In this document: positions 25,200-33,920 of the stretch, in pieces | Layout: each line of letters opens with the position of its first letter | Position numbering within the stretch: the stretch's first letter is position 1 | Source of the DNA: a phage | Direction: 5' to 3' (one strand) | Length of the DNA stretch: 64,000 bases | Assembly (NCBI GenBank): GCA_038450185.1 | Contig: GCA_038450185.1_4765.1 | Made by a program: the position numbers and the translations under genes | Notes under the pieces: model-generated | Databases searched by the model: none | Told to the model about the DNA's origin: nothing | The model's input: the letters and a program-made list of their open reading frames with translations, nothing else

Positions 25200-25781
25200 T
25201 ACTTTATCAATTATATCTAACAGTTTTGGCTTTCTATTTTCAAATTCTAACATCTCTTCGGGAGAAATGTCAACTACTTCTGTTTTGTTGAAAAAGTTTG
25301 GGTCTATAGCATCAGCAACAAAGTTTCTCGCAAGTGCTGCCGCTTTCTCATGAACATATATTCCCAAATATATCAACTTCTTTCTTTCGACCTGAATATT
25401 GGCAACATATTTACCATCTCGTTTATAAAGACTAACACCGATATATTCAGACGATCGACCTTTCTGTTTACCCATATTTCTTGAGTTTTGTTGCTCGTTC
25501 GCATCTCTCAAGTTTTCAATCCGATTATCTGTTATAATTCGGTTAACATGGTCAACGTATTTTGGCATGTATCCATGATGCATAAAGAAAATTATTCTAT
25601 GCTCTTTATGATGTTTACCATCGATACACACCAATCTGTATCCATGACTAGGATTAACTCCACCAGCTCTAGATCCGACTTTATGCTTTCGGTTTGTCGA
25701 TATCTTGCAAATCAGCTTACCGTTATCATATTTAAAGAGTTCATGACAACGAGCATACAATTCAGGATCATATGTTTTCAC
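25185..25781 (-). CDS. HNH homing-endonuclease-like protein with AP2-type DNA-binding domain
   Basis: ORF track; HNH core HGYRLVCIDGKHHKEHRII...VDHVNRIITDNRIENLR and AP2-like SEYIGVSLYKRDGKYVA; apparent GTG start with GAGGT SD; inserted between 32 and 59. Confidence 0.55.
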   Translation of the reverse strand: MKTYDPELYARCHELFKYDNGKLICKISTNRKHKVGSRAGGVNPSHGYRLVCIDGKHHKEHRIIFFMHHGYMPKYVDHVNRIITDNRIENLRDANEQQNSRNMGKQKGRSSEYIGVSLYKRDGKYVANIQVERKKLIYLGIYVHEKAAALARNFVADAIDPNFFNKTEVVDISPEEMLEFENRKPKLLDIIDKVLTSN

Positions 25782-26445
25782 CTTTTAACCTCGATATTTC
25801 TTTACACTCTTTAACTACTTTAACAAATAATGCTCTTGCTTTTGCGGCGTCAATAACAAGTAGTTTCTTGTACGCCTTCATTTTAACACTATAAGTTTGC
25901 CAAATCAAGTCTTTGGCTACCTTGTCGTGTTCGTCGATTATATTTAGAAAGCTATCTAACAACATAAACGACTCAAACGATATAATCCGATTTTGCAGTA
26001 GTTTAAAAATACCGCTTGTTTCGGTTGCGGGATTATATGTAATTAGCTCTTTAAGAGTAACCCCGCGTTTCTCGGAGAAGTATACCAGACTTTTAATGTC
26101 ATCGTCAAATCTTGTTGCTGCATCGGTTATCTTTCCTATGTATTCCATATAAAAGCCGTATGCGTCAACATCAGTGATTTCACCTACCCATGCATCGGTA
26201 TTAGCTACCAGATTGCTTAGGAATAGGAAGTATAATTCTCTTAGATTGTATTTTTCCGCTAATTTCGCGAAATAATACTTATCTCTGCGTTTATTGAATG
26301 CGGCATCAGATAACCGCATCCTCCAATTATATTTTACGCAATCATAACGCCCGTTCATATGAGCTTTCATCATGCAATATAACATATACACAGATTTAGC
26401 ATTAATTCGCATATCTGGATCTGGAGGAAGACGGTTTCTGATCAT
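25768..26445 (-). CDS. 59: helicase loader
   Basis: ORF track; similarity to recalled T4 gp59 (KSVYMLYCMMKAHMNGRYD, RRDKYYFAKL, FLSNLVAN, FMLLDSFLNIID). Confidence 0.85.
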   Translation of the reverse strand: MIRNRLPPDPDMRINAKSVYMLYCMMKAHMNGRYDCVKYNWRMRLSDAAFNKRRDKYYFAKLAEKYNLRELYFLFLSNLVANTDAWVGEITDVDAYGFYMEYIGKITDAATRFDDDIKSLVYFSEKRGVTLKELITYNPATETSGIFKLLQNRIISFESFMLLDSFLNIIDEHDKVAKDLIWQTYSVKMKAYKKLLVIDAAKARALFVKVVKECKEISRLKGENI

Positions 26446-26454
26446 ACATACCCC

Positions 26455-26724
26455 TTAAATATCGAGAGTGTTGGTCGGTTCGTCGATCACTCCCTTCCTG
26501 AGTGTTCTATTTACTATACATTCTTGTGTGATCTTGTCAATAATGGACACCGGAATATACTTCTGATAGTGACCATATTCTATAGAGTTTTCCTCTACAA
26601 ACTGAGTGGTCGCTTCAAGATAAGTCAATCCCTCTTCAACAACCAGTTTTTCGATTGCAAGACCGTTTGCTGTTTTGTTCGCGGCTTTTACCGCATGTTC
26701 ATTAAGCATTGAACACCCGATCAT
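26455..26724 (-). CDS. 33: possible late-transcription accessory protein (gp33-like by position)
   Basis: ORF track; assignment by synteny between 59 and dsbA only; start uncertain (ATG 26724 or 26709). Confidence 0.3.
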   Translation of the reverse strand: MIGCSMLNEHAVKAANKTANGLAIEKLVVEEGLTYLEATTQFVEENSIEYGHYQKYIPVSIIDKITQECIVNRTLRKGVIDEPTNTLDI

Positions 26725-26977
26725 AGAGTTCTACCGCTTCGTCGCGTTCTGCTTCGAAGGTTTCGCGCTGTTGCTGGTGATACAGTTTAAACAGAATGCC
26801 CCACATTTTACCATCTACGCCTAATTCTTCTTTAGCACGCTGTTTGATCTCTTTGATCTTATCGCCATATGCTTCTTGAATTGTTTTCTGATCGCTGGCT
26901 TCTTTAATCAGTTGTGCCAGGGTATTTCCGTGTACATTTTCATCGAATACTACTTTTTCTTTTTTCTGTTCAGTCAT
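26702..26977 (-). CDS. dsbA: possible dsDNA-binding protein DsbA-like (by position)
   Basis: ORF track; ~91 aa between 33-like gene and rnh as in T4. Confidence 0.4.
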   Translation of the reverse strand: MTEQKKEKVVFDENVHGNTLAQLIKEASDQKTIQEAYGDKIKEIKQRAKEELGVDGKMWGILFKLYHQQQRETFEAERDEAVELYDRVFNA

Positions 26978-26982
26978 AATAT

Positions 26983-27585
26983 TTAACCCTCTTTCGTCAT
27001 TAATTGAAAACCACGTTCAGCTTTTGAAATTTCGCTAGGACTTAAATCGTCACCAACATATTCTAGCATCATTTCTCGGATAATGTCAAGTGCTTTTTCA
27101 TCACCTGATTTTAACTCGAACTCAAGTTCATAATTTGCGCTTGTGTTGATAGTATATCTACCTATTCCTGCATAATTAAATGCATCTGTGCATATTTCAA
27201 CTAAGCCTACACCAGTATCAATTGTTCTAGCTACTCTCGCTGTCATCACATAAAATTGCGGTCTAAGTTGTGTTAAATTGACACCCAGACAATCAACAAA
27301 TTCAGAAAAATCTTGATAATTACATAACACTATTTCTTCTCGGTTAAATAAACCGCTTTCGTGACTTCCATGTTTTATTAGAAATTTATTTGTCTTTTTG
27401 TCAAGACGTGCATACACTCCCTGTTTATGTAAAATATATTCTTCGTCATCATAATACGATTCTAGCTTATTATAGATTTTTCTGTCTACAATACTATAAC
27501 AATCATATAACTTAGAACATGCGTCAAAAATAGACTTAAGCCCTTTGTTTGACCTTGCATAGTATTTTAATTCAAGTTCTTTCAT
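26983..27585 (-). CDS. CYTH-like (triphosphate tunnel metalloenzyme / class IV adenylate cyclase fold) protein
   Basis: ORF track; N-terminal ELELKY (ExExK) and C-terminal YELEFELK acidic strand pattern typical of CYTH; ATG 27585 with AAGGA SD. Confidence 0.45.
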   Translation of the reverse strand: MKELELKYYARSNKGLKSIFDACSKLYDCYSIVDRKIYNKLESYYDDEEYILHKQGVYARLDKKTNKFLIKHGSHESGLFNREEIVLCNYQDFSEFVDCLGVNLTQLRPQFYVMTARVARTIDTGVGLVEICTDAFNYAGIGRYTINTSANYELEFELKSGDEKALDIIREMMLEYVGDDLSPSEISKAERGFQLMTKEG

Positions 27586-27595
27586 ATGTCAATCC

Positions 27596-28543
27596 TTAGA
27601 ACTCACCAATTTTCTGCAACATTTTAACTAACGCATTTGTTACAAAATAGTTATAAATCTTACCGCGTGGTGCTGGTTTAGATTTCTCCCATGACTCCAG
27701 GATCTGATTCTGGATATTGTCTGGGATCTCGTCAAAGTCAATCAACTGACGGTTTTCATCAAAGCGTCGTGCTTCTTCCTCTGTCATCAAAGACTTTGGA
27801 TCTTCGGCATCGAAAATTTGCTCTAACCATTTGGTTGCAATTGGTTTAGCTCGTTCTCCTTCCAGTCGTGAGATAATGAAATCACTACGGCACTTGATCG
27901 AAGCTACACCGTCTTTTGCGTCACCCTTAACACATTTTACCATAAGGTCTTTGTAAGGGCTACCATATTTGCATTTCTTCCATGCTTTCTGTACTGGCGC
28001 CCACTGTTTCACGTTTTTGTATTTGTGCAACTGTGTGTAGTCACCATCGCCGGAGTTGATTAGCACCTGGCGACCTTCTACAGAAAACTTTTTAGTTAAC
28101 ACAGCGATTATATCATCCGCTTCAACTTTGTCAACCTTAATAACGTGATAAGGCATGTTCTCTTTAAACTCTTCGGTGATCTTATTGATCGCAGCAAAGA
28201 TCATCTCCCAATCACGCGGATCTGCGTCTCGTTTTTCCTTACGGTTGCGTTTATAGTAAGGGGCGATATCACGTCGCCAGTAACCTTTGCTTGAATCAAA
28301 GGCAAGTACCGTAATTGGGTATTGCTCTTTGAATTTTGTCATATTATAACGCATGGTGTCAAGAATAAGATGACGGATCATGCCTTCACTAATAGGGTCT
28401 TCCGGTTTAAAGGTATGCGAGATAGTAGCAATCATAAGCTGCGACATATCAATCAAATGCACACCTTCCGGCAGTTTATCTTCTGGATCATCGAAGAAAT
28501 CATTAAGTGTAGCGGTAGTTTTTGTAAACGGGTTATACGTCAT
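27596..28543 (-). CDS. rnh: RNase H / 5'-3' exonuclease
   Basis: ORF track; similarity to recalled T4 RNase H (GYWRRDIAPYYKRNR, INSGDGDYTQLHKY, PPRGKIYNYF). Confidence 0.85.
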   Translation of the reverse strand: MTYNPFTKTTATLNDFFDDPEDKLPEGVHLIDMSQLMIATISHTFKPEDPISEGMIRHLILDTMRYNMTKFKEQYPITVLAFDSSKGYWRRDIAPYYKRNRKEKRDADPRDWEMIFAAINKITEEFKENMPYHVIKVDKVEADDIIAVLTKKFSVEGRQVLINSGDGDYTQLHKYKNVKQWAPVQKAWKKCKYGSPYKDLMVKCVKGDAKDGVASIKCRSDFIISRLEGERAKPIATKWLEQIFDAEDPKSLMTEEEARRFDENRQLIDFDEIPDNIQNQILESWEKSKPAPRGKIYNYFVTNALVKMLQKIGEF

Positions 28544-28545
28544 AA

Positions 28546-28731
28546 TTAAGTTCTCTCCACTCTCACAACAACATATTCGCCAAACGAGTTAGATACTTCA
28601 CGATCATACCCGTATTTCTCCATAACTCGCAGAATTGCATTGTTTAATTCGGCACGGAAATAATTATAATCCTTATCAGGGATTCTGTCAACTACCCATT
28701 TTGCACCTTCTGACAAATCAACTTTAACCAT
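28546..28731 (-). CDS. hypothetical small protein
   Basis: ORF track; ATG 28731 with AAGAGGA SD. Confidence 0.45.
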   Translation of the reverse strand: MVKVDLSEGAKWVVDRIPDKDYNYFRAELNNAILRVMEKYGYDREVSNSFGEYVVVRVERT

Positions 28732-28769
28732 AATATATCATCCTCTTTTGTTTCTATCAAGCCTCATTT

Positions 28770-28777
28770 TATAAATA
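28770..28777 (+). promoter_or_regulatory. T4-type late promoter box TATAAATA upstream of gene 34
   Basis: TATAAATA about 28 nt before the ATG at 28806, followed by AAGGAG RBS. Confidence 0.65.
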
Positions 28778-28805
28778 TGAACATACTATAAAAGGAGACC
28801 CAATA

Positions 28806-31800
28806 ATGGCAGATTTTTCTCAACATTTCAAGGCCACATTTGGCTTTGACGCTGGTAATGAAAAGGTCGTCAATGTAGCATTGGCTGATAAGAATGTCAA
28901 CACCGATGCGGTCAACGTTGAATTTTTCAATTACCATAATGGTATTACTCAGTATGACACAACTCGCGGTTATGATCAATACGGAACTACAATCTATCAA
29001 AACCGTCCGTATTATGCAAAAGAAGATATCACAAAACCAGCAGGTGACTTTGACCCGACTAAATGGCAAGCACTGCGCACGGACCCACGTTGGGATTATG
29101 TTGCAGCAACTTCCGGCGATACTCCTTTAAAGTCCGGTGATTATATCGCAGCGGACTGTCAGTTTGCAAACTTGACATTCTCAATGCCTACTAATCCGGC
29201 AGAGGGCGACACTATAACAGTAAAAGATATCGGTGGCAAGTGCGGTGTTAATGAGTTATCGTTCCTTGCGGCTGGTCATGAGTTCTATCATAACGGTGTG
29301 GTAAACAACCGCAAATGGTATTGTACTACCCCTTATGCAATGAACTACTTCATTTTTGCTCGCAATCGCTGGCACGTTTACCAGACGGGAACAGAGCCGC
29401 GCGGGGTATATGCACAACCATCTATCGACCCGATTCAGATGCAAAACGGTGATCAGGTATTCCGCCGTAGTTCTTTGGGTAACATTGTTTTGATGCTTCC
29501 TAAGTTTGCTAATAACGGTGATATAATCCAGACTACCGATCTTGACGGATTGACTGCAACCAACCATGTTACGGTAAAAGTGCATGAAGGTGCGCAAGAA
29601 CAATCGATCGGTACTTTCGGGGTAAAAGAAATTGTTGGTAAGCGTAGCGGTCATGGTGTATTCATATTTGACAAACCGGAAAACTTATGGCGTTTGTGGG
29701 ATGGTGATCAGTCTGTTCGCTTGAATCCTATCATTAGTGATACTCGCTTATCCCCCAATAGCTATGTTGCAGTATTTGGTGATCGTGATGTTACCTTGAC
29801 TTTACCGACCAATGTCGAGCCGGGTGATCGTATTCAAGTTTCTATGCAGTATATGCACGGAAACCAGACTTGCCGAATCATTACCTCAGAAGAGGATACA
29901 AAAATCCTTATGCAGAAAAACATGGTTCAGTTTCCTAAGCGTAGCGAGTACCCATTCAATGGGGCCGATACATGGACGGGAGTGTCTGAATTGTCTTTCA
30001 ACGCTGCAAATGATTATGTACCTTATCTGGAGTTCTCTTATTCAGAAGGTGATGATGGTAAGAAATACTGGTTGGTGGCACATGCTCACCCGATTGTAGA
30101 ACGAGTAGATCCGACTCGTAAAGATCGTGTTGGTGTAATTGCACTGGCTACCCAGGATGAAACAAACAAAAACCATGAAGATAATCCTAGCGACGAAGTT
30201 GCGGTGACTCCAAAGGTTCTGGCTAATAAAACAGCCAACGAAACTCGACGCGGTATTGCTCGCATTGCAACTCAAGCGGAAACTCATCAAGATACTGGTT
30301 CCAGCTTCCTGGATGATGTTATCGTTACACCTAAAAAGTTAAATGACTGTGTTGCTACCGAAGCCCGTCGTGGTGTGATGGAAATTGCAACTCAACATGA
30401 AACCAACGAAGGTTTAGACGATACCCGCGCAATCACTCCTAAGAAGTTAGAAGAGCGTCGAGCGTCAGAGGATCTTGCTGGTATCGCTGAAATTGTTCAG
30501 GTAGGCGGTAATGCTGCCGCTCTAAGGGGTGAAGCTGGTACAGGGATCTATAACATCAATGACCATGCTAAAATTGTTACACCGCAAAACATCAACGAAG
30601 TTAAGGCGACCGAAACTTCCCGTGGTGTTGGGTATCTGGCGACGGATGAGGAAGTTCAAGGGGCTACTGAATCAACCCCGCAAGATGCATTGCTGATCAC
30701 TACTCGCACGTTAACCAAGCGCACTGCTACCGAATCCCGTACTGGTATCGCTGAAATTGCAACTCAAGAAGAAACAAACTTAGGCCAAAGTGATGACCAT
30801 ATCATCACACCTAAAAAACTGCATACTCGCCGCGCAACGGAAACTTTACATGGTTTAGCAGAAATTGCAACTCAAGAAGAGTTTGACGCAGGTCTTGACG
30901 ATGCTCGCATTTCTACCCCATTGAAGATTAAAACCTTCTTTGAGAATGCACAGCGTTTGAAAGTAGACCCGACTCAGGGGCTTAACCTTACTGGTGATTT
31001 GTGGCAAGGTATCATGATCAGCGGTCTGGACGCAACCGAAGACACAAAAGGTGTCGCTAAAGTTGCTACTACTCAGCTTACGGATGCTGGTCAAGATGAT
31101 ACTACAATCATCACGCCTAAAAAGCTGCAAGGCAAAAAAGCCACCGAAGGTAAAGAAGGTATTATCCGCGTTGGTACTCAAGCCGAAACCGTGGCTGGTA
31201 CACTGGCTAATGTAGCAATTTCTCCGAAGAACTTCAAATATGTTGTTCAGACAGAGGATACATGGAAAGCAACCGAAGCGCGTCGTGGATTCTTGAAAGT
31301 TGCTACTCAGGAAAACTGTTTTGTTGGTGATAATCTGCAAGGTTCTACTCAAGAACTAGGAAACTACCAGCATGACGGAATTGCTGTTACCCCGAAAGGA
31401 TTAAACTACGCACTTGCTAATTTCTTACCTAAGATGGCAACTGCTCAGAATAGTTTGAAATTGGGTAACGTAGAGGCCGCTAAATGGGCGCGTAGAGACA
31501 TTGACCAGACCATAGAGAGCAATTACACGTTTAATAAAAACGTTAACGTGAAGGGCGATTTAGAGTGCTTAAAATCAGGTTCCTTTGAAACTCTATCTGT
31601 GACTAAGAACTCGACCGATGTTCCGAGTAATGGTCATCTGGTGTTGGGTGAGCGTGGAGTTGACGGTCACACCGGAATTACTCTGCATGGCACAACCGCA
31701 TCGGAAGGCATGAAAAACTCTTGGTCTATTATCGTTGGTGGCACTGGAACAGCGCAAGTTGTTGATAGTGATGCTATCGCTTTCGGTAAAATCAATGATG

Positions 31801-32546
31801 GTGGAGTCGTTGAGCATTACGCCTTTGCTATGAAACACAATGGCGACGCGACAGCATATAGAGACTTTATTGCAGGTCGTAACCTGTATGCGAAACAAGG
31901 CGGTTTATACATTGTTGACCAGTCTAATCCGGCAATGACTCGTTCCCCAGATGGTATGCTGAATATCGGTCACGGTGGAAGTGTTAACATCAAGGCAGGT
32001 CATCAAACGTTAACTACAGAGATCGCCGGACAGAAATATCAGATCGTACACGCAGGAAACGCTGACGAAGTTCTTAACCGTCAGTTTGTTAAGAATGCTG
32101 GCGATACAATGGTCGGTAAGCTGACTATGGATAATGCGCCTATTGTTTCTGTTAAGCATGAAGCTAGCGCGGCAACCGCTCCGGCAATCGGTAACATCGG
32201 TTTCTGGAATATGCGAGTTACTACCCAGAACATCAAAGAAACTTATCCAGAGAAGAAAAACGGTACTCTGATGCAATGGGGTACTGACGCGGACGGGCTT
32301 ACCCAGCTTTGGTCCCCCGATGGTACTCATAAACATTATATCCGTTCCGGTACTGGTGGTCAATGGACCGCATGGGGTGAAATTTACACCAAACAGAATA
32401 AGCCTACCGCTCAGGAAATCGGGGCAGTAGTTGCAGAAGGTGGTTTAATGAACTCTATGACGGTTCGTGATTGGATCAAAGTTGGTAATGTTAAAATCAT
32501 CGCCAATAATCTGACTCGTACCGTAGACTTTATCTGGGAAGACTAA
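28806..32546 (+). CDS. 34: long tail fibre proximal subunit
   Basis: ORF track; 1246 aa; repeated ATETRRGIARIATQ-type motifs and C-terminus as in recalled T4 gp34. Confidence 0.9.
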   Translation: MADFSQHFKATFGFDAGNEKVVNVALADKNVNTDAVNVEFFNYHNGITQYDTTRGYDQYGTTIYQNRPYYAKEDITKPAGDFDPTKWQALRTDPRWDYVAATSGDTPLKSGDYIAADCQFANLTFSMPTNPAEGDTITVKDIGGKCGVNELSFLAAGHEFYHNGVVNNRKWYCTTPYAMNYFIFARNRWHVYQTGTEPRGVYAQPSIDPIQMQNGDQVFRRSSLGNIVLMLPKFANNGDIIQTTDLDGLTATNHVTVKVHEGAQEQSIGTFGVKEIVGKRSGHGVFIFDKPENLWRLWDGDQSVRLNPIISDTRLSPNSYVAVFGDRDVTLTLPTNVEPGDRIQVSMQYMHGNQTCRIITSEEDTKILMQKNMVQFPKRSEYPFNGADTWTGVSELSFNAANDYVPYLEFSYSEGDDGKKYWLVAHAHPIVERVDPTRKDRVGVIALATQDETNKNHEDNPSDEVAVTPKVLANKTANETRRGIARIATQAETHQDTGSSFLDDVIVTPKKLNDCVATEARRGVMEIATQHETNEGLDDTRAITPKKLEERRASEDLAGIAEIVQVGGNAAALRGEAGTGIYNINDHAKIVTPQNINEVKATETSRGVGYLATDEEVQGATESTPQDALLITTRTLTKRTATESRTGIAEIATQEETNLGQSDDHIITPKKLHTRRATETLHGLAEIATQEEFDAGLDDARISTPLKIKTFFENAQRLKVDPTQGLNLTGDLWQGIMISGLDATEDTKGVAKVATTQLTDAGQDDTTIITPKKLQGKKATEGKEGIIRVGTQAETVAGTLANVAISPKNFKYVVQTEDTWKATEARRGFLKVATQENCFVGDNLQGSTQELGNYQHDGIAVTPKGLNYALANFLPKMATAQNSLKLGNVEAAKWARRDIDQTIESNYTFNKNVNVKGDLECLKSGSFETLSVTKNSTDVPSNGHLVLGERGVDGHTGITLHGTTASEGMKNSWSIIVGGTGTAQVVDSDAIAFGKINDGGVVEHYAFAMKHNGDATAYRDFIAGRNLYAKQGGLYIVDQSNPAMTRSPDGMLNIGHGGSVNIKAGHQTLTTEIAGQKYQIVHAGNADEVLNRQFVKNAGDTMVGKLTMDNAPIVSVKHEASAATAPAIGNIGFWNMRVTTQNIKETYPEKKNGTLMQWGTDADGLTQLWSPDGTHKHYIRSGTGGQWTAWGEIYTKQNKPTAQEIGAVVAEGGLMNSMTVRDWIKVGNVKIIANNLTRTVDFIWED

Positions 32547-32551
32547 TTAAA

Positions 32552-32567
32552 GGGGGCGAAAGCCCCC
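32552..32567 (+). other. GGGGGCGAAAGCCCCC hairpin (GAAA tetraloop) between genes 34 and 35
   Basis: Perfect 6-bp GC stem with GAAA loop, no U-run; same element occurs at 20467-20482 and 7867-7882 on the minus strand. Confidence 0.45.
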
Positions 32568-32579
32568 TATGGGGTTATT

Positions 32580-33719
32580 ATGACACAAGAGATAGAATTA
32601 CGCAACACTGGAATTACGTTTGCGCATTTCGACGAAGACTCTGCGACATTTACAAGCATTTCAGAAAACAACTCTGTAATGTATAAGCTGGAAGTGCGCG
32701 GATCTAATGCAGATTCTACCAAACCAGCAAGGATTAGATTTAATGGAGTGGAGATCGTTGGTACTGGCTATGAAAATGGCCTAAATTTTAAAGTTCTTAC
32801 TCCAACTGGACAACTACACGAAGAAAAGGTATTCTATGGTCGCGGTGCTGTTTTGGCAATGCGTGATTATCTTTCTTTGCTGAAAGGTGACTATATCATT
32901 GCGATGGCAACTCATGGAGAATTGTTTGCAGATCCGATAAGTGATGTTGTATTTTCTAAGATGGGATCTGTATCATTCCCGAATCACATTTTGTTACAGC
33001 AAATGCCTCGTGTATCCTATGCAGCAATTTATTCTACTAAAATGGGTAAAATTGTGTGCGAAGGGATGCAAGCAACTAACGGGGAAGGACAAAATTCATC
33101 TATACAAATTGAGAAAGTCTATGATACTATAGATGATCTTGCTATAACAGGAACACCACAACGATTTTTAGATTATCCGGTTGAGTATGTTAGCGAAGAT
33201 GCCGAACATTTCGAGCTAATACAATGGCCTCATGATGAGACCAGCGCCCCACTTGAGGATTTTAACATAAAGGCAGGTGACAAACTATCAATATCCTTTG
33301 AATTGTTCCGTGATAGTGCCGCAGCCGCAGCCAACGTAACAGCGCGTTTCTATCACAACTACTTCACCGATGGACAATATAAAACTGGTGTTCGATACAA
33401 TGCCAGCAAAAAAGACCAGTGGGAAAAGTTTGAAGCAGTCTATACCGTACCGGAAGGTGTCGATAGTGTAGTAACTGGTTGTATCAGATATCCAACCAAC
33501 TCAAATGAAGGTATTGTTAAAATTAGAAACATACTAATAACGCCGATCAGTGGAGTCGTCAAAACTACTGGTCCGACTTCATTTGGTGTTAATGGTGTTA
33601 GAACAACTCATATTCAGGATAACGGTGATTTTACTAACCCTGTAATGAGTCTTCTTAAACTTCCTAGAGACAATAAACATATCACATCCAACAACTTTAA
33701 AGAGTTCGATGTTGATTAA
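32580..33719 (+). CDS. 35: long tail fibre hinge/connector protein
   Basis: ORF track; 379 aa directly after gene 34. Confidence 0.7.
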   Translation: MTQEIELRNTGITFAHFDEDSATFTSISENNSVMYKLEVRGSNADSTKPARIRFNGVEIVGTGYENGLNFKVLTPTGQLHEEKVFYGRGAVLAMRDYLSLLKGDYIIAMATHGELFADPISDVVFSKMGSVSFPNHILLQQMPRVSYAAIYSTKMGKIVCEGMQATNGEGQNSSIQIEKVYDTIDDLAITGTPQRFLDYPVEYVSEDAEHFELIQWPHDETSAPLEDFNIKAGDKLSISFELFRDSAAAAANVTARFYHNYFTDGQYKTGVRYNASKKDQWEKFEAVYTVPEGVDSVVTGCIRYPTNSNEGIVKIRNILITPISGVVKTTGPTSFGVNGVRTTHIQDNGDFTNPVMSLLKLPRDNKHITSNNFKEFDVD

Positions 33720-33730
33720 CATTTTTAACA

Positions 33731-33760
33731 AGCCGATCCTCGTGGTCGGCTTTATTTTTA
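33731..33760 (+). terminator. intrinsic terminator after gene 35
   Basis: Hairpin AGCCGATC...GGTCGGCT followed by TTTATTTTTA. Confidence 0.55.
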
Positions 33761-33879
33761 TACAGTTGGTTAAATTGTAACCAAAACGAAGAAAGATCTT
33801 TAGAATAATAAAAATTTGTTTCGGTTAAAAAGTAGTCAGTGCCTACGGCACGTCGCGAAGCGATATTTTGTTAACATTC

Positions 33880-33887
33880 TATAAATA
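33880..33887 (+). promoter_or_regulatory. T4-type late promoter box TATAAATA upstream of gene 36
   Basis: TATAAATA 33 nt before ATG 33921. Confidence 0.65.
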
Positions 33888-33920
33888 CTCGGAACTATAA
33901 CTAATTTTTGAGGTTACTTT

